The position numbers and the translations under genes were made by a program. DNA of 64,000 bases from Savitreella phatthalungensis (taxonomy: Eukaryota): NCBI GenBank assembly GCA_051599415.1, contig AP039691.1:620001-684000 (forward strand), in the 5' to 3' direction. Below are positions 19,537-30,487 of this stretch, piece after piece. The notes beneath the pieces were generated by a model. That model had not been told where the DNA came from. It was given only the letters and a program-made list of their open reading frames with translations, and made no database searches. Within the stretch, counting starts at the first letter, position 1. Each line of letters begins with the position of its first letter.

Positions 19537-21399
19537 ATGCTCTGGTCTCGGCACAGGCGGAGAGCCGGTCAGAAAGCGTCACGCGATCATGAGCTGGAAT
19601 GCTTCTACTGCGGTGCGCGTGCTACGTTGCGAGTTACAGGGCGAGTTGAGGATTGGCGCTGCGCTTCCTGCGAAGCATTGAATATCTTGGACGACGATGG
19701 CCGGCAGTGCGACTTTGTTCCGGTCAAGTACCAGCATAATTCGTCAAGCGGTCAAGCAAGAAACGATCTCGCACACCCGTCACTTTCATCTCCTTTCTGT
19801 TCTGTATGCATCAGCAATCATGCGCTGTTGACAAAGACGCTTGCGAGTTACCTGCCGGACGAGGACGACCCGGACTATCATGTCTACGAACAGGCCCTGC
19901 CAGCCTATCGGACTGCTTTAGAGGAACGTTACCCGCCGGTCTGCACAGCTTGCACTCCCGGGGTGAGGGCTAGGCTTGAGCGCAATAACTATGTCGCAAA
20001 ATCCTCGGCTCTCGGACAATGGCTATCACGTGCAAAGGCCGTTCAGATGAAAGGCAGCACTGGTTTGAGTCAGTCTCTTCGGAAGGCTGCTTGGGCGGTT
20101 AGAGGGCTGCTTTGGTTCGGCGGTGCTATACTATTTACGCTCATCGTCCTGAGCGACATGGCAAGCAGGCGGAAAGTCCCATCAGTGCTGTATATCAGAC
20201 CCGGACGCCTTCAGCGGCTACTTTTCGTCACTATTTTTGGAGCATTCTGGTCACCTCAGTCACGAACCCTGATTCGCCGACCTGATACACATCTCAGTGG
20301 CAAGGGCGACCATATCAGGCTACAGATACTAGCACAAACCGTTCGGTTTTGCCGGATCTATGTGATCCCCAGGCTTGCAATCTTGCCCAATGTCGCTGAC
20401 CAGATCGACGTCCTTGCGCTCGTCTTCACCATTGTACAGCTTGTGATCAGCCTTCGGCTAGTCCGGATTCAGGATCAAGCGCAGCAGATCACTTTACACG
20501 ATCGCAGTGCGGAGCTAATCGCGAGCATAGTACCTGCTGAAGAGCGCCCGGAAACGCTGGAGGCCGATGATTCCCATCACAATCTCTCACCGTTTGAGCC
20601 ACGAGATCACAGGCCAAGGGCCATGCTAGACAATGCTGCCGCTCCAGTGGCGGAAGCAGATGCGATGGATTGGCAGCCTTCCCCGAAGCAGGATACTACT
20701 CAGATCGCAGCTCTTCCGGCTGGCATGCAGGCATCACCATTCTCTCTGTTTGGCAACTCAACAAAGTCCGATGCGATTCACCATTCGGCAGCTGTAAGAC
20801 CATTGGCGCCACAGAGACTGTATCCGCCTGAAAAGCCCACAGGTTTGGAATCGCTGTTCTCTGCCGCAGTCAGACTCGACGATGAGCCGTTATTGGTACG
20901 AAGTCTCAAGCAAGTCAACGGCGGATCTTGGGAGGTGTCATTGACCCATGTCAGCCTGACAATCGTGCTGCTCGGACTGCTTGCGGGTCTGAAATTTTGC
21001 GACCTAAATCCGCGGGAATTTCTGATCGCATGCGCACTCGGCGGCGTGCTTCATGCACTGACGCTCGACAGACTGGAGCGTAAGCTGATCAAGAGCAAAT
21101 CGATGGGCATCGCGGTTGCGCTGTTGCTATGGGCAGGATTTGCAGCTGCGAAGAGCTCCAGGGCCTGGCTAGAGTCGCATCATCTGCTCCTTGCAGGCGA
21201 TCCAATAGCCGCCATGATTGCCGTCTTGGTCGTACTTGCCGTCACGAATGGCATACGCTGTGTTCAGCCCCGCCGGAGACATCAACGAGGACAATCTCCA
21301 CGAAAGGGAAACCCGACATCGACGGCTGCAGGGCGCTGGCAACAGGCCGGAATTCACGATCGTATGGGTTCGCCGCTATCGAGCAGAGCACGGGGATGA
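19537..21399 (+). CDS. ima1: Inner nuclear membrane protein Ima1 (Samp1/NET5-like)
   Basis: N-terminal CFYC...CASCEALN, FCSVCISNH, YLPDEDDPDY and YPPVCTAC (Ima1_N-type); transmembrane segments; PTGLESLF motif. First ATG at 19537. Confidence 0.88.
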   Translation: MLWSRHRRRAGQKASRDHELECFYCGARATLRVTGRVEDWRCASCEALNILDDDGRQCDFVPVKYQHNSSSGQARNDLAHPSLSSPFCSVCISNHALLTKTLASYLPDEDDPDYHVYEQALPAYRTALEERYPPVCTACTPGVRARLERNNYVAKSSALGQWLSRAKAVQMKGSTGLSQSLRKAAWAVRGLLWFGGAILFTLIVLSDMASRRKVPSVLYIRPGRLQRLLFVTIFGAFWSPQSRTLIRRPDTHLSGKGDHIRLQILAQTVRFCRIYVIPRLAILPNVADQIDVLALVFTIVQLVISLRLVRIQDQAQQITLHDRSAELIASIVPAEERPETLEADDSHHNLSPFEPRDHRPRAMLDNAAAPVAEADAMDWQPSPKQDTTQIAALPAGMQASPFSLFGNSTKSDAIHHSAAVRPLAPQRLYPPEKPTGLESLFSAAVRLDDEPLLVRSLKQVNGGSWEVSLTHVSLTIVLLGLLAGLKFCDLNPREFLIACALGGVLHALTLDRLERKLIKSKSMGIAVALLLWAGFAAAKSSRAWLESHHLLLAGDPIAAMIAVLVVLAVTNGIRCVQPRRRHQRGQSPRKGNPTSTAAGRWQQAGIHDRMGSPLSSRARG

Positions 21400-22693
21400 T
21401 CAAGCAAGAGACCTCGTATGTCTATTGTCCAAACGAAGTGTAGTACTTGTGCTCCGCGGTGGCAAGTAACAGTGGCATAGATTCAATTGCATAGCAATGC
21501 AGGTGCATCACATGCTTCATGAAATGCACAATTCGCCTCACATATCACACGTACATACTGGCACCGTGTATAGGGTGAAGCCACAGAATCCACGTCATTC
21601 AGTAGATGAGGTACTCGTTAAGGTGGGCTGACATCTGGATCGCTCGAATGGTGCGCCATCAAAGCACCAGAGTCGCTGGCTTTCCATCAAGATCAGATGG
21701 TCCTTTGGACAGCCTTCGATACTGCGTGGTCAGTCTAGCTAAGACGTTGCTAGGGTCTGACAGAGTAGATATGACGTGAATGGCAGTGATATTATGAAGT
21801 CCAAATTAGAGTATTCAAATGAAATTCAAAGAGGTCTCAATTACCCGACATTAAACAACGCGCCGATCCCGGAAGAATGCACACCAGATTCGAGAAAGGC
21901 AAAGGCCAGATCTGCTCTGACCCCTGCCATTAGCAAGGTGCATTGTCATTCCAAGTTCGGGCGCGGCGATAGCGATGATACAGCTATACTTGTGGCATAG
22001 ATGAGAGAAGAATCAAGTGTCGCGCGACGCCCAGACTCGATTTGAGCATCAAAGTCGAAGCTTTTGCCCCTGACAGTCTGTGTCGCCGCAATCGTCACCA
22101 ACTGTAAACTACTAATGTCACAACATCTGTAGCAATTTGAATTTATCTTCTCTATCACAATTAATGCACAGTCAAGAGCTCCAAAGTCACCAAACCTTTG
22201 CTCAGATCTCAGATCAGTCAGAAATCCGATCGAGCAGTCGACTTGGCATGGGTTATAGCTATATCTAGGACGGCGGAAATGCCATAAAATGTGTAAATGG
22301 ACGAATACTCATAAGCCTCCCCTGCTACATATAACTCATTAATCTTAGAGAGGGAAAGTTTCAGTAAAATTCAATGAAAATGAACTAGACTTCAATCACT
22401 ACCAAATATTATTGCACCCGCACGGAATCGATCGACCTATAGCCAGTGCCGGTCAAGTGAGGCAAAGCAGACATTCGACAGTCAACTTGATTGGAGTGAA
22501 TAAAGTAAAGCACTAATTAAACTGTTCGCCATCTAGCTCAAAATGCACTTGGAGTCTTGTCTGATTTGACTACAGCTCGATTAGTATACTACAGCTCTGT
22601 TGACTTCATCACCTACTTACTTCCCTTCTTGAACCTCTCATACGCTAGCTCATTCGCTCACAATCGAGCTCTCGCGCACCCATACGCAATAGC

Positions 22694-22830
22694 TCACACA
22701 CACACACCCACCCACCTTCACACCCACCTGCACAACCACACCCACACACATACGCACGCACGCACGCACGCACGCAAGCCAGCTGCTTGCACACCTGCCA
22801 ACCCATACACACAGAGCACACACAGACACA
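22694..22830 (+). repeat. CA/CACG-rich microsatellite-like tract upstream of the PP2C gene
   Basis: CACACACACACCCACCCACC...CACACACATACGCACGCACGCACGCACGCACGCA...ACACACAGAGCACACACAGACACA. Confidence 0.8.
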
Positions 22831-23230
22831 TTCTCACAGAGAGTTTCCGCACCATCTTCCTCTCACTACTCACATTCCCACTGCGAGTTACCGAATCACT
22901 ATCTTCGCTCCGTACATACCACACAGTCACAGTTCATCAAATTCTCCCTGTTCGTCGGGTCACAGAACGACGTCTAGCACTCTCCTTGCAAGATCTGTCG
23001 GGACTGCGCACGCGCGACCTTCGTATTCAGCGCGAAAGCCGACGACGAGGAGCAGCAGGTGACAAAGCCTAGCAGCGGCCAGAAAAACTCTGATCGCATA
23101 GTCAAATTCACGCGTCCTTGCAAGTGACTTTACAAATAAGCACTTCCACACTCTCTCTAAATCTTACCTCGACAAGATCAATCGACAGCAGTCTTGACCA
23201 TCACGAGGTCTTAATCACCTATTGATCGAC

Positions 23231-24490
23231 ATGGGACAAACTCTTTCGGAGCCTGTCATCGACAAGCACTCGTCTTCGGGCGGCGATGACTTCTTCATTT
23301 TCGGATTGAGTGAGATGCAGGGGTGGCGTATCTCGATGGAAGACGCACATACGGCAGAGCTACAGCTCAAGACGTCAGAAGGAAAAGACGCTGCTCACCC
23401 GGTCGCAGTCTTTGCTGTCTATGATGGACACGGTGGCGAGCGAGTGGCTAAATTCACAGGCGACGCCCTACACAAGATCGTTGCTGACGAGGATGCATTC
23501 GCGTCGGGAGATTTTGAGGCAGCTCTCAAGGCAGGCTTCCTGTCCACAGATAAGGCAATCCTGGCAGATCGACGCTTCAACGAGGATCCTTCTGGCTGCA
23601 CAGCAACAGTCTCATTGGTCACTCACGATGGCAGAATCTTTTGTGCAAACGCTGGTGACTCACGTACTGTACTCGGTATCAAGGGCACTGCCAAGCCTCT
23701 GAGCTACGACCACAAACCTCAGAACGAAGAAGAGAAGGCGAGAATCTGTGCGGCCGGCGGATTTGTCGATTTCGGCCGCGTCAACGGCAACCTAGCGCTC
23801 TCTCGTGCGATCGGAGACTTTGAATTCAAGAAGAATAAGGATCTGCCTGCAGAAGAGCAGATCGTCACCGCTTCACCTGACGTGACGGTGCACGATATCA
23901 CGGAAGACGACGAATTCCTTGTGGTGGCGTGCGACGGTATCTGGGACTGCAAGTCGTCACAGGCCGTTGTTGAATTTGTGCGTCGAGGCATTGCTGCTGG
24001 CCATGAACTCGACCGCATCTGTGAGAACGTCATGGATAACTGTCTGGCAGTGTCGAGCGAAGGCGGTGGCATCGGCTGCGATAACATGACCATCATGATT
24101 GTCGGCCTGTTGCAAGGCAAGACGAAAGAGGAGTGGTACAAGATGATTCAGGACCGCGTGGAGGCGAACGACGGTCCGTGTGCGCCAGAGTCTTATGCAG
24201 ATCTAAAGGGACCTGCAATCGAACACTTCATGCGGAGAGATCGTGGCACAAGTCGTGGCAACAACACGGCTGGTTTCGACGAGGATGATGAGGACGAAGA
24301 GTCGACAGGCGCTGCACCTGGAGGCGCACGGAATGGGCGGATCATTGTGCTAGGCGACGGGTCGGAACTTCTGAAAGAGGACGACAGCATCGCAGCAGAG
24401 GTGCGCAACGGAGCGGCCGGCAAGCCTGCATCAGAAGACACGCCCATGGAGGACACTGATGCGGACGAAGCGATCGAAGATTCAAAGTAG
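23231..24490 (+). CDS. PTC2: Protein phosphatase 2C (Ptc2/Ptc3 type)
   Basis: MGQTLSEP N-terminus; motifs MQGWRISMEDAH, VYDGHGG, ANAGDSR, GNLALSRAIGD, ACDGIWD and GCDNMT; acidic tail. Confidence 0.95.
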   Translation: MGQTLSEPVIDKHSSSGGDDFFIFGLSEMQGWRISMEDAHTAELQLKTSEGKDAAHPVAVFAVYDGHGGERVAKFTGDALHKIVADEDAFASGDFEAALKAGFLSTDKAILADRRFNEDPSGCTATVSLVTHDGRIFCANAGDSRTVLGIKGTAKPLSYDHKPQNEEEKARICAAGGFVDFGRVNGNLALSRAIGDFEFKKNKDLPAEEQIVTASPDVTVHDITEDDEFLVVACDGIWDCKSSQAVVEFVRRGIAAGHELDRICENVMDNCLAVSSEGGGIGCDNMTIMIVGLLQGKTKEEWYKMIQDRVEANDGPCAPESYADLKGPAIEHFMRRDRGTSRGNNTAGFDEDDEDEESTGAAPGGARNGRIIVLGDGSELLKEDDSIAAEVRNGAAGKPASEDTPMEDTDADEAIEDSK

Positions 24491-25760
24491 AAAAAGAGTC
24501 GTGTATCTTGGCCTAATTCTCTCTCCACTCCTCATCACACCACGTCAACTCGATCAAGCCCACCTGCCATTCATCTACTACAATCAAACGAGTCACACAC
24601 CTAAATCTAGCACAGCGAGAGTCAAGAGACAGCAGAAGCTCCCCTTAAACAATGTAGTTGCACAGCGAGCGCGTCGATGGTCTGTGTGCATGCTTGTGTC
24701 AGCTGCTGATGGCCTGCAACCAAGAAAGAAGCAGCCGTCACTCGAATAGTGCACCTCGAGACCAATCTTCACTGAAGCGTGGTCATGCCGCCCAGAGGCT
24801 CTCTCATCATCGATCGTGCACGTGTACGTGTATTTATCGAAAGGCTAGCATCGTCTGTTGTTTAACTCGATGCAGTCCATACACTGCATGCATGCTATAT
24901 CCGCTCAATCAATTGCAAATATCTGCATATGTATGCATGTATTCAAAACCCGTATACGCATATGCGTGCAGTTTCCAAATTTGGAATCAATAAATCACTC
25001 CTTGACCTGGATATGCTATAACTGAACGATCAAAATGAGTTGGATCGGAAGCAAGGAGGCGCTGACATCCTTCTTCTCCTGTCTAACGACAGACTCTACA
25101 TGACCTCCTGTGTCGGAGTGTCTGCAGCCACTACCATGCGGCTACTACAGTCGTCAGTCAGGCTGCGCTGAGAGACTGCCAGACAATGCAAGAACAAGTG
25201 CTATGATGTTCAGCTAGACTACTGTGGGTAAGACAGTCTCTGTCATCCCCAATACAGGGTACTACCCCTTTCAGTCTTCCACCCCATCGACTGCATCTGT
25301 CCATCCACATCCCAGTAACTCCTTGCAACGGGTACAGTCATACCCCTCGCCTGGACTGGCCAATCCTTGCCAGATCTTCCCATCTCGAGCTCTCATGATG
25401 CACCCTCGACATCTGCATTCGTCCATCGAGTTGAGGTTTCACGATGGAAAGTGCTTGTTTCCCCTGGTCCCGGCAGCCATCAGAGTCCGAGAGCGGTTGG
25501 TGACTGCGTTGCTCGAACCCGCAGAGTGCATGTCGAACCGAGCATGACGACCGGGCACATCCTTCCCTGGACGTCCACTTCCATTTCACGAAGACAGCTG
25601 TTTCGATGACAAGCGCGTCCAAGCTGTGCACAAGACGCGCTTCTTCTTGACGTGCCGACACCACGATCGTGCACCACCTGACACACTTCCCCCACGGCCT
25701 CACATTCTCTTGTACATCGTCCTGTTTTCTGACATCGGATAGAGAGCGCGACGGTCCAGG

Positions 25761-28652
25761 ATGCTTGTATCGCTGCTGACCTTTGCGCAACTTGCGCTCG
25801 GTGCGCCAACACTAGGCTATCCATTCAACTCGCAAGTGCCACCAGTTGCTCGCATCAACACGGCCTATTCGTATCAACTGCCTACCAACACATTCTCCAA
25901 TGTGGCCGCAGATGTGAAGTACACGCTTAGCGGTGCACCAGGGTGGCTTTCACTGGACAGCGCCACACTGACGCTCCGAGGCACGCCGGCCACCACAGAT
26001 GCTGGCGCACCGAGCTTCAACATCATCGCCACAGATTCGACCGGTTCGGCGTCAGATCCGTGCGTCCTTGTAGTCTCTGCAAACCCAGCGCCGGTTCTCA
26101 GCATCCCGCTTGCCGAGCAGTTGAGAAGCATTGGCACGGTCGATGGACGTGGCGGACTCATTGTGACCCCGGGCATGTCCTTTCATATCCCTTTTTCAAG
26201 CAAGACGTTCACCGAAGTTGGCACTCAGCTGTCGGCCTTCTATGGCACCTCGGACAGCTTCAACCCCCTGCCCACCTGGGTATCTTTCGACAGCTCGACC
26301 TTGACCTTCTCCGGGACAGCACCTCCAGTTCGATCGGCCATCGCACCGCCGCAGTACTTTCAATTTGTCCTCGTCGGCAGCGACTACGCAGGATTCTCAG
26401 CCATCAGCGCGTCTTTCGATATCGTCGTTGGAGCTCATTCGCTTGCTTTCTCCACCGTTTCATACGAACGCAATGCCACTGCAGGCAGTCCTTTCTCTTT
26501 CCAGATCCCATCATCCACGTTGCTTCTCGATGGCGCCACCATCGGATCTGCTAATATCTCGTCCATTGTTGCCAAAGCGAACGCATCATGGGTCAATTTT
26601 GACCCTACGACGTTGACACTGTCGGGAACTCCACCATCTGGATCGACCTCCCAGGTATCGGTCGTCGTGACCGCGACAGATGTCTTCTCTGACGTAGCAT
26701 CTACAACTGTGGACATCGTCTTTGGGGGCTCACAATCAGCGACAGATCAGCTCTTCACCGCTACACTTCCATCGGCTCTCAACGCAACGGCGGGAACATT
26801 CTTCTCTTACACCTTCAACTCCTCTATCGTGCCGGCATCGGTCGACCTCCAAGTCTCGATTTCGGGTCTTTCTTGGCTGACGTACAATTCGAACAACAGG
26901 ACTCTCTACGGCACCGTGCCAACGAGCTCAAACTCAAAGGCTAAGCGACAGAGTTCGGGCACGATCACGGTGACAGCGTCTGCTAATGGGCAGTCCAGCA
27001 CGCAAAGCATCGGGATCAACATCCTCCCCTCTTCCGCAGACAGCTCGTCAACTTCCGCCACGACCACATCCACATCAGCCACAGCAACAAGTGCTACACG
27101 ATCCTCGAGTGCCGTTCGTTCGGCATCTACGACCTTATCCAACACCACACGTCCGTCTGCTTCCGCGAGCGCATCCAATTCTGCAGCCTCTGTCGCTTCA
27201 GCAGGGGCGAGCAATTCGAATACAGATGATGCCGGAAAGCGTCTCAGCAAGGGCGCGATCGTTGGTATAGCTCTTGGCGTTGCTGCGGGCGTGCTCGCCA
27301 TCATCGCAGCCATCGTTTTCTTTTGCTGCTGCGCGCGAAGGCGTCGCGGTGGCGGCGACTCCGTGCATAGCGCATCCTCAGTCAACATCTCACGACCTGT
27401 CGGCGATAAGGATCAGTGGCCCTCGGCTGCCAACCCTGGCGATGGCGCTTATGACAAGCCTAGACAGCTCGGAGCTTTCGATATATTCAAGAGCGCGTCG
27501 GATGGACGGATGTCTGCCTATGTCGCACACGTACAATCCGACGTCTCTCTTGCGCCTCCACTTGCACCAGAACTGCCACCTCTACCTCATTCTCCAGCGC
27601 TTGCAAAGTCCATCTCAGACGAGGACAACTCCCTGATGACCAGCACAGAACCTGCTGCTGGGCCTGTAAACAAATCAGCTGGAGCTGCTCCGTCGCCCAC
27701 GCCGTCGCGTATCGCTCAGCCGCAAGCTAAGAATGTGCGCAACCGGCTCTCGGTACTCTACTCGTCTGCCGACCACCGCGAATCCGCGGCCAGCATGGAC
27801 ACCGTTGATACAAACGAGATGTTTGGTGGCGTGCGCGTGGTCAACAATCGGGACTTGGCTCCACCGATCGCAAGGGCTGTGTCAGATGAGCCGGCTAGTG
27901 CATCTTCCGGTCAATTACCATCGTCGAACACACAGAGCTCGAACGAAACCGGCCGCAGCATCGGCACATATTCCTCATCTGAGGGCGGCTACATCGAGCG
28001 ATATGGGTCGCGGGACGAGTCTCTCTCGTCCGGGCACATCACACAGGCAAGCGCAGCGACTCGTCCGACTCGAAACTATTCGCATCAGACGCACGCATCG
28101 CTACAGCGTCAGGATTCGACGACTCAGCCATGGCGCGTAACGAGGTCGCAACAGTCCTACGGCAGCTTTGGCTCGTATGCAACGACCTCGAGCGGCGTAT
28201 CCGATGAGTTCAGCTTTGACGAAGACTCTGCCGCTTCAGAGCGCGATGGTTCAAGCTATGATGCTGGCGACGCCAACAACACCTCCCTTCATCCGCACTA
28301 CGCCGGCGCGACCCGCGTCTTCGAACCGTTGGCAGAAGAGACGGAAGATGAGGACGAGGGTGCATATGGTGTAGCTCCGCCTCTGGCCTCCCCCATCACG
28401 ACGGTTGCGACGCGGCGCGGCCCCGGCGCTGTTTCTCAGGTCATCCTTGACGCACCTTACTCGCCAGACTGGCGCAACACGGACTCCCTGTCGCCAGCTG
28501 CAGCCGCCGGATCGCGGACAGCAATTCGTAACCTCGATGAGCGTCTCGCTCGTCACAACGCTGCCAACTCCAGAGACACAACCCCGTCTGCGTCCTCAGG
28601 CAACGTTCGCCGTGATGACACGATGAGCTCCGGAGAGATGGCCTTCGTGTGA
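25761..28652 (+). CDS. AXL2: Axl2-like type I membrane glycoprotein (dystroglycan-type cadherin-like repeats)
   Basis: Signal peptide; YPFNSQVPPVAR; repeated PxW(L/V)xFD...TL(R/S)GTP units; Ser/Thr stalk; single TM followed by CCCARRRR; disordered tail ending MAFV. Confidence 0.85.
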   Translation: MLVSLLTFAQLALGAPTLGYPFNSQVPPVARINTAYSYQLPTNTFSNVAADVKYTLSGAPGWLSLDSATLTLRGTPATTDAGAPSFNIIATDSTGSASDPCVLVVSANPAPVLSIPLAEQLRSIGTVDGRGGLIVTPGMSFHIPFSSKTFTEVGTQLSAFYGTSDSFNPLPTWVSFDSSTLTFSGTAPPVRSAIAPPQYFQFVLVGSDYAGFSAISASFDIVVGAHSLAFSTVSYERNATAGSPFSFQIPSSTLLLDGATIGSANISSIVAKANASWVNFDPTTLTLSGTPPSGSTSQVSVVVTATDVFSDVASTTVDIVFGGSQSATDQLFTATLPSALNATAGTFFSYTFNSSIVPASVDLQVSISGLSWLTYNSNNRTLYGTVPTSSNSKAKRQSSGTITVTASANGQSSTQSIGINILPSSADSSSTSATTTSTSATATSATRSSSAVRSASTTLSNTTRPSASASASNSAASVASAGASNSNTDDAGKRLSKGAIVGIALGVAAGVLAIIAAIVFFCCCARRRRGGGDSVHSASSVNISRPVGDKDQWPSAANPGDGAYDKPRQLGAFDIFKSASDGRMSAYVAHVQSDVSLAPPLAPELPPLPHSPALAKSISDEDNSLMTSTEPAAGPVNKSAGAAPSPTPSRIAQPQAKNVRNRLSVLYSSADHRESAASMDTVDTNEMFGGVRVVNNRDLAPPIARAVSDEPASASSGQLPSSNTQSSNETGRSIGTYSSSEGGYIERYGSRDESLSSGHITQASAATRPTRNYSHQTHASLQRQDSTTQPWRVTRSQQSYGSFGSYATTSSGVSDEFSFDEDSAASERDGSSYDAGDANNTSLHPHYAGATRVFEPLAEETEDEDEGAYGVAPPLASPITTVATRRGPGAVSQVILDAPYSPDWRNTDSLSPAAAAGSRTAIRNLDERLARHNAANSRDTTPSASSGNVRRDDTMSSGEMAFV

Positions 28653-28854
28653 GCACAGATTGCCATTTCAGCTATTTGTACCTTCTAGTATTGTAGTGAT
28701 GCCATTGACGACCCTTATACAACTCGAAAAATGCGTGCTCATCGGGGACTGCTCGGGCAGCGGAATCACTCAGCATCAATCCGCAGACTCATTCGACAGC
28801 CTCGAAGAATGAATAGTGGAACATCTGACGTAAACTCAAGGACACTGCAAAATT

Positions 28855-28864
28855 GTCACGTGAC
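28855..28864. promoter_or_regulatory. Palindromic E-box (Cbf1/bHLH-type) upstream of MAP2
   Basis: GTCACGTGAC about 97 bp upstream of ATG 28961. Confidence 0.35.
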
Positions 28865-28960
28865 GGGCAATATATGCAGGAAGGTACTTGGTCAAGCATA
28901 GTTGGAGGTGATAAGTGTCAGCCAAAGTGAAGCTGCAGGACTGAGGCAGTGTCGAAAGTC

Positions 28961-30403
28961 ATGGCGGCTGCGATCCAAGACAAGCTCACGGATTTGAGCA
29001 TGACAAGCGGCAAAACCAACGACGGCGACCTGAACTCCGATCGACCTCTTAAAAGCTCAGGTGAAAACCCTGCAGTCGATGGTCATGACTCTGACTCCAG
29101 CTCAGATGATGAAGTGTCAGGCACAGCCGACGGCGTAGCAGGAGCAGCGAAAAAGAAGAAAAAGAACAAGAAGAAGAAGAAGTCGAAGAAGAAGTCCGGT
29201 GCCGCCCAAACGCAGACAGACCCGCCTACAGTCGGGCTCACCAAGATCTTCACCTCTGGAGTCTTCCCAGAGGGCCCTACGCGGAAGCGCTATATCCGTA
29301 CAGACGATCTTGGAGCCGATGCAGATGAGGATACGACAGTCAACGTGAAGAGGACATCGGACGCTGAGAGTGCAGCCGTAGAGAGGGAGAAGACCTATGC
29401 CAGCCGCTACAACGACCTCCGGCGAGCAGCAGAGGTACACCGCCAAGTACGCTCGTATGCACGCCGGACGATTCGACCAGGCATGACGACAACGGCTATC
29501 GCAGAACTTATAGAGAATGGAACGCGTGCTTTGGTGGAAGCCGACGGAATGGCTTCCGGCATCGCTTTCCCCACAGGTCTATCGATCGATGACTGTGCAG
29601 CCCACTACACACCCAACAAAGGCGATACGACAGTCGTGCGGGAAGACAACGTCCTCAAAGTCGACTTTGGCGTCCACGTGAATGGGTTCATCGTCGACAG
29701 CGCCTTCACACTCGCATGGCAGCCGAAATACGATCCATTGCTGGCAGCCGTCCGCGCAGCCACAGAAGCGGGTATCAAGGCGTCCGGGGCGGATGTCATC
29801 CTCGCGGAAGTTGGTGAGGCTGTGCAGGAGGTGATGGAGTCGTATGAGGTGGAATTGAACGGCAAGACCTATGGCGTCAAGAGCATTCGCAATCTGAATG
29901 GACACGACATCGCACCGTACTCTATCCACGGCGGCAAGTCTGTTCCAATCGTCAAGCCTGATCCTGACGAAGCCATGTACCAGAAGCGGATGGAGGAAGG
30001 AGAGACATTCGCGATCGAGACTTTCGGATCCACAGGTCGCGGATATGTGGTCGATTCAGGCGTGTGTTCTCACTACGCACTCGCCACCGACACCCGTGTG
30101 CTCGATCCGGGCACGAGAGGGAGGATGTTGTCCGGGGTGAGCAAGTTCCCCGCGGCAAAATCTGTGCTCGAGACGATCGAGAACAATTTCGGCACCTTGC
30201 CCTTCTGCAGGCGCTACCTCGACCGGATCCCGACCTTACAACAGAGCTACTTACTCGGCCTCAACAGACTCGTCAAGGCCGGCATCGTCCAAGACTATCC
30301 GCCACTGAATGACGAAAAGGGCTCGTACACGGCCCAATTCGAGCACACAATCATGATCAAGCCTACAGGTGTCGAGGTCGTCTCCCGCGGTGATGACTAC
30401 TAA
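28961..30403 (+). CDS. MAP2: Methionine aminopeptidase 2
   Basis: Poly-Lys N-terminal region; motifs [44 protein letters not shown] and AQFEHT; ends SRGDDY. Confidence 0.97.
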   Translation: MAAAIQDKLTDLSMTSGKTNDGDLNSDRPLKSSGENPAVDGHDSDSSSDDEVSGTADGVAGAAKKKKKNKKKKKSKKKSGAAQTQTDPPTVGLTKIFTSGVFPEGPTRKRYIRTDDLGADADEDTTVNVKRTSDAESAAVEREKTYASRYNDLRRAAEVHRQVRSYARRTIRPGMTTTAIAELIENGTRALVEADGMASGIAFPTGLSIDDCAAHYTPNKGDTTVVREDNVLKVDFGVHVNGFIVDSAFTLAWQPKYDPLLAAVRAATEAGIKASGADVILAEVGEAVQEVMESYEVELNGKTYGVKSIRNLNGHDIAPYSIHGGKSVPIVKPDPDEAMYQKRMEEGETFAIETFGSTGRGYVVDSGVCSHYALATDTRVLDPGTRGRMLSGVSKFPAAKSVLETIENNFGTLPFCRRYLDRIPTLQQSYLLGLNRLVKAGIVQDYPPLNDEKGSYTAQFEHTIMIKPTGVEVVSRGDDY

Positions 30404-30487
30404 GAGTTCGAGGAGCACAGTCACTTTCGATGAGCATTCGCAGACGGCGATCAACAAGTCGAAATACAATATTCATGCATGCGTGGT

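Noticed and set aside
22557..23072. 171-aa His/Thr-rich ORF
   Set aside because: Non-ATG start; it is a by-product of the CA-repeat tract in the presumed PP2C leader.
11270..28747. Recurring ATCGGGG/CCCCGAT in intergenic DNA (11270, 11388, 16757, 18013, 28741)
   Set aside because: About this many hits of a 7-mer are expected by chance in 64 kb.
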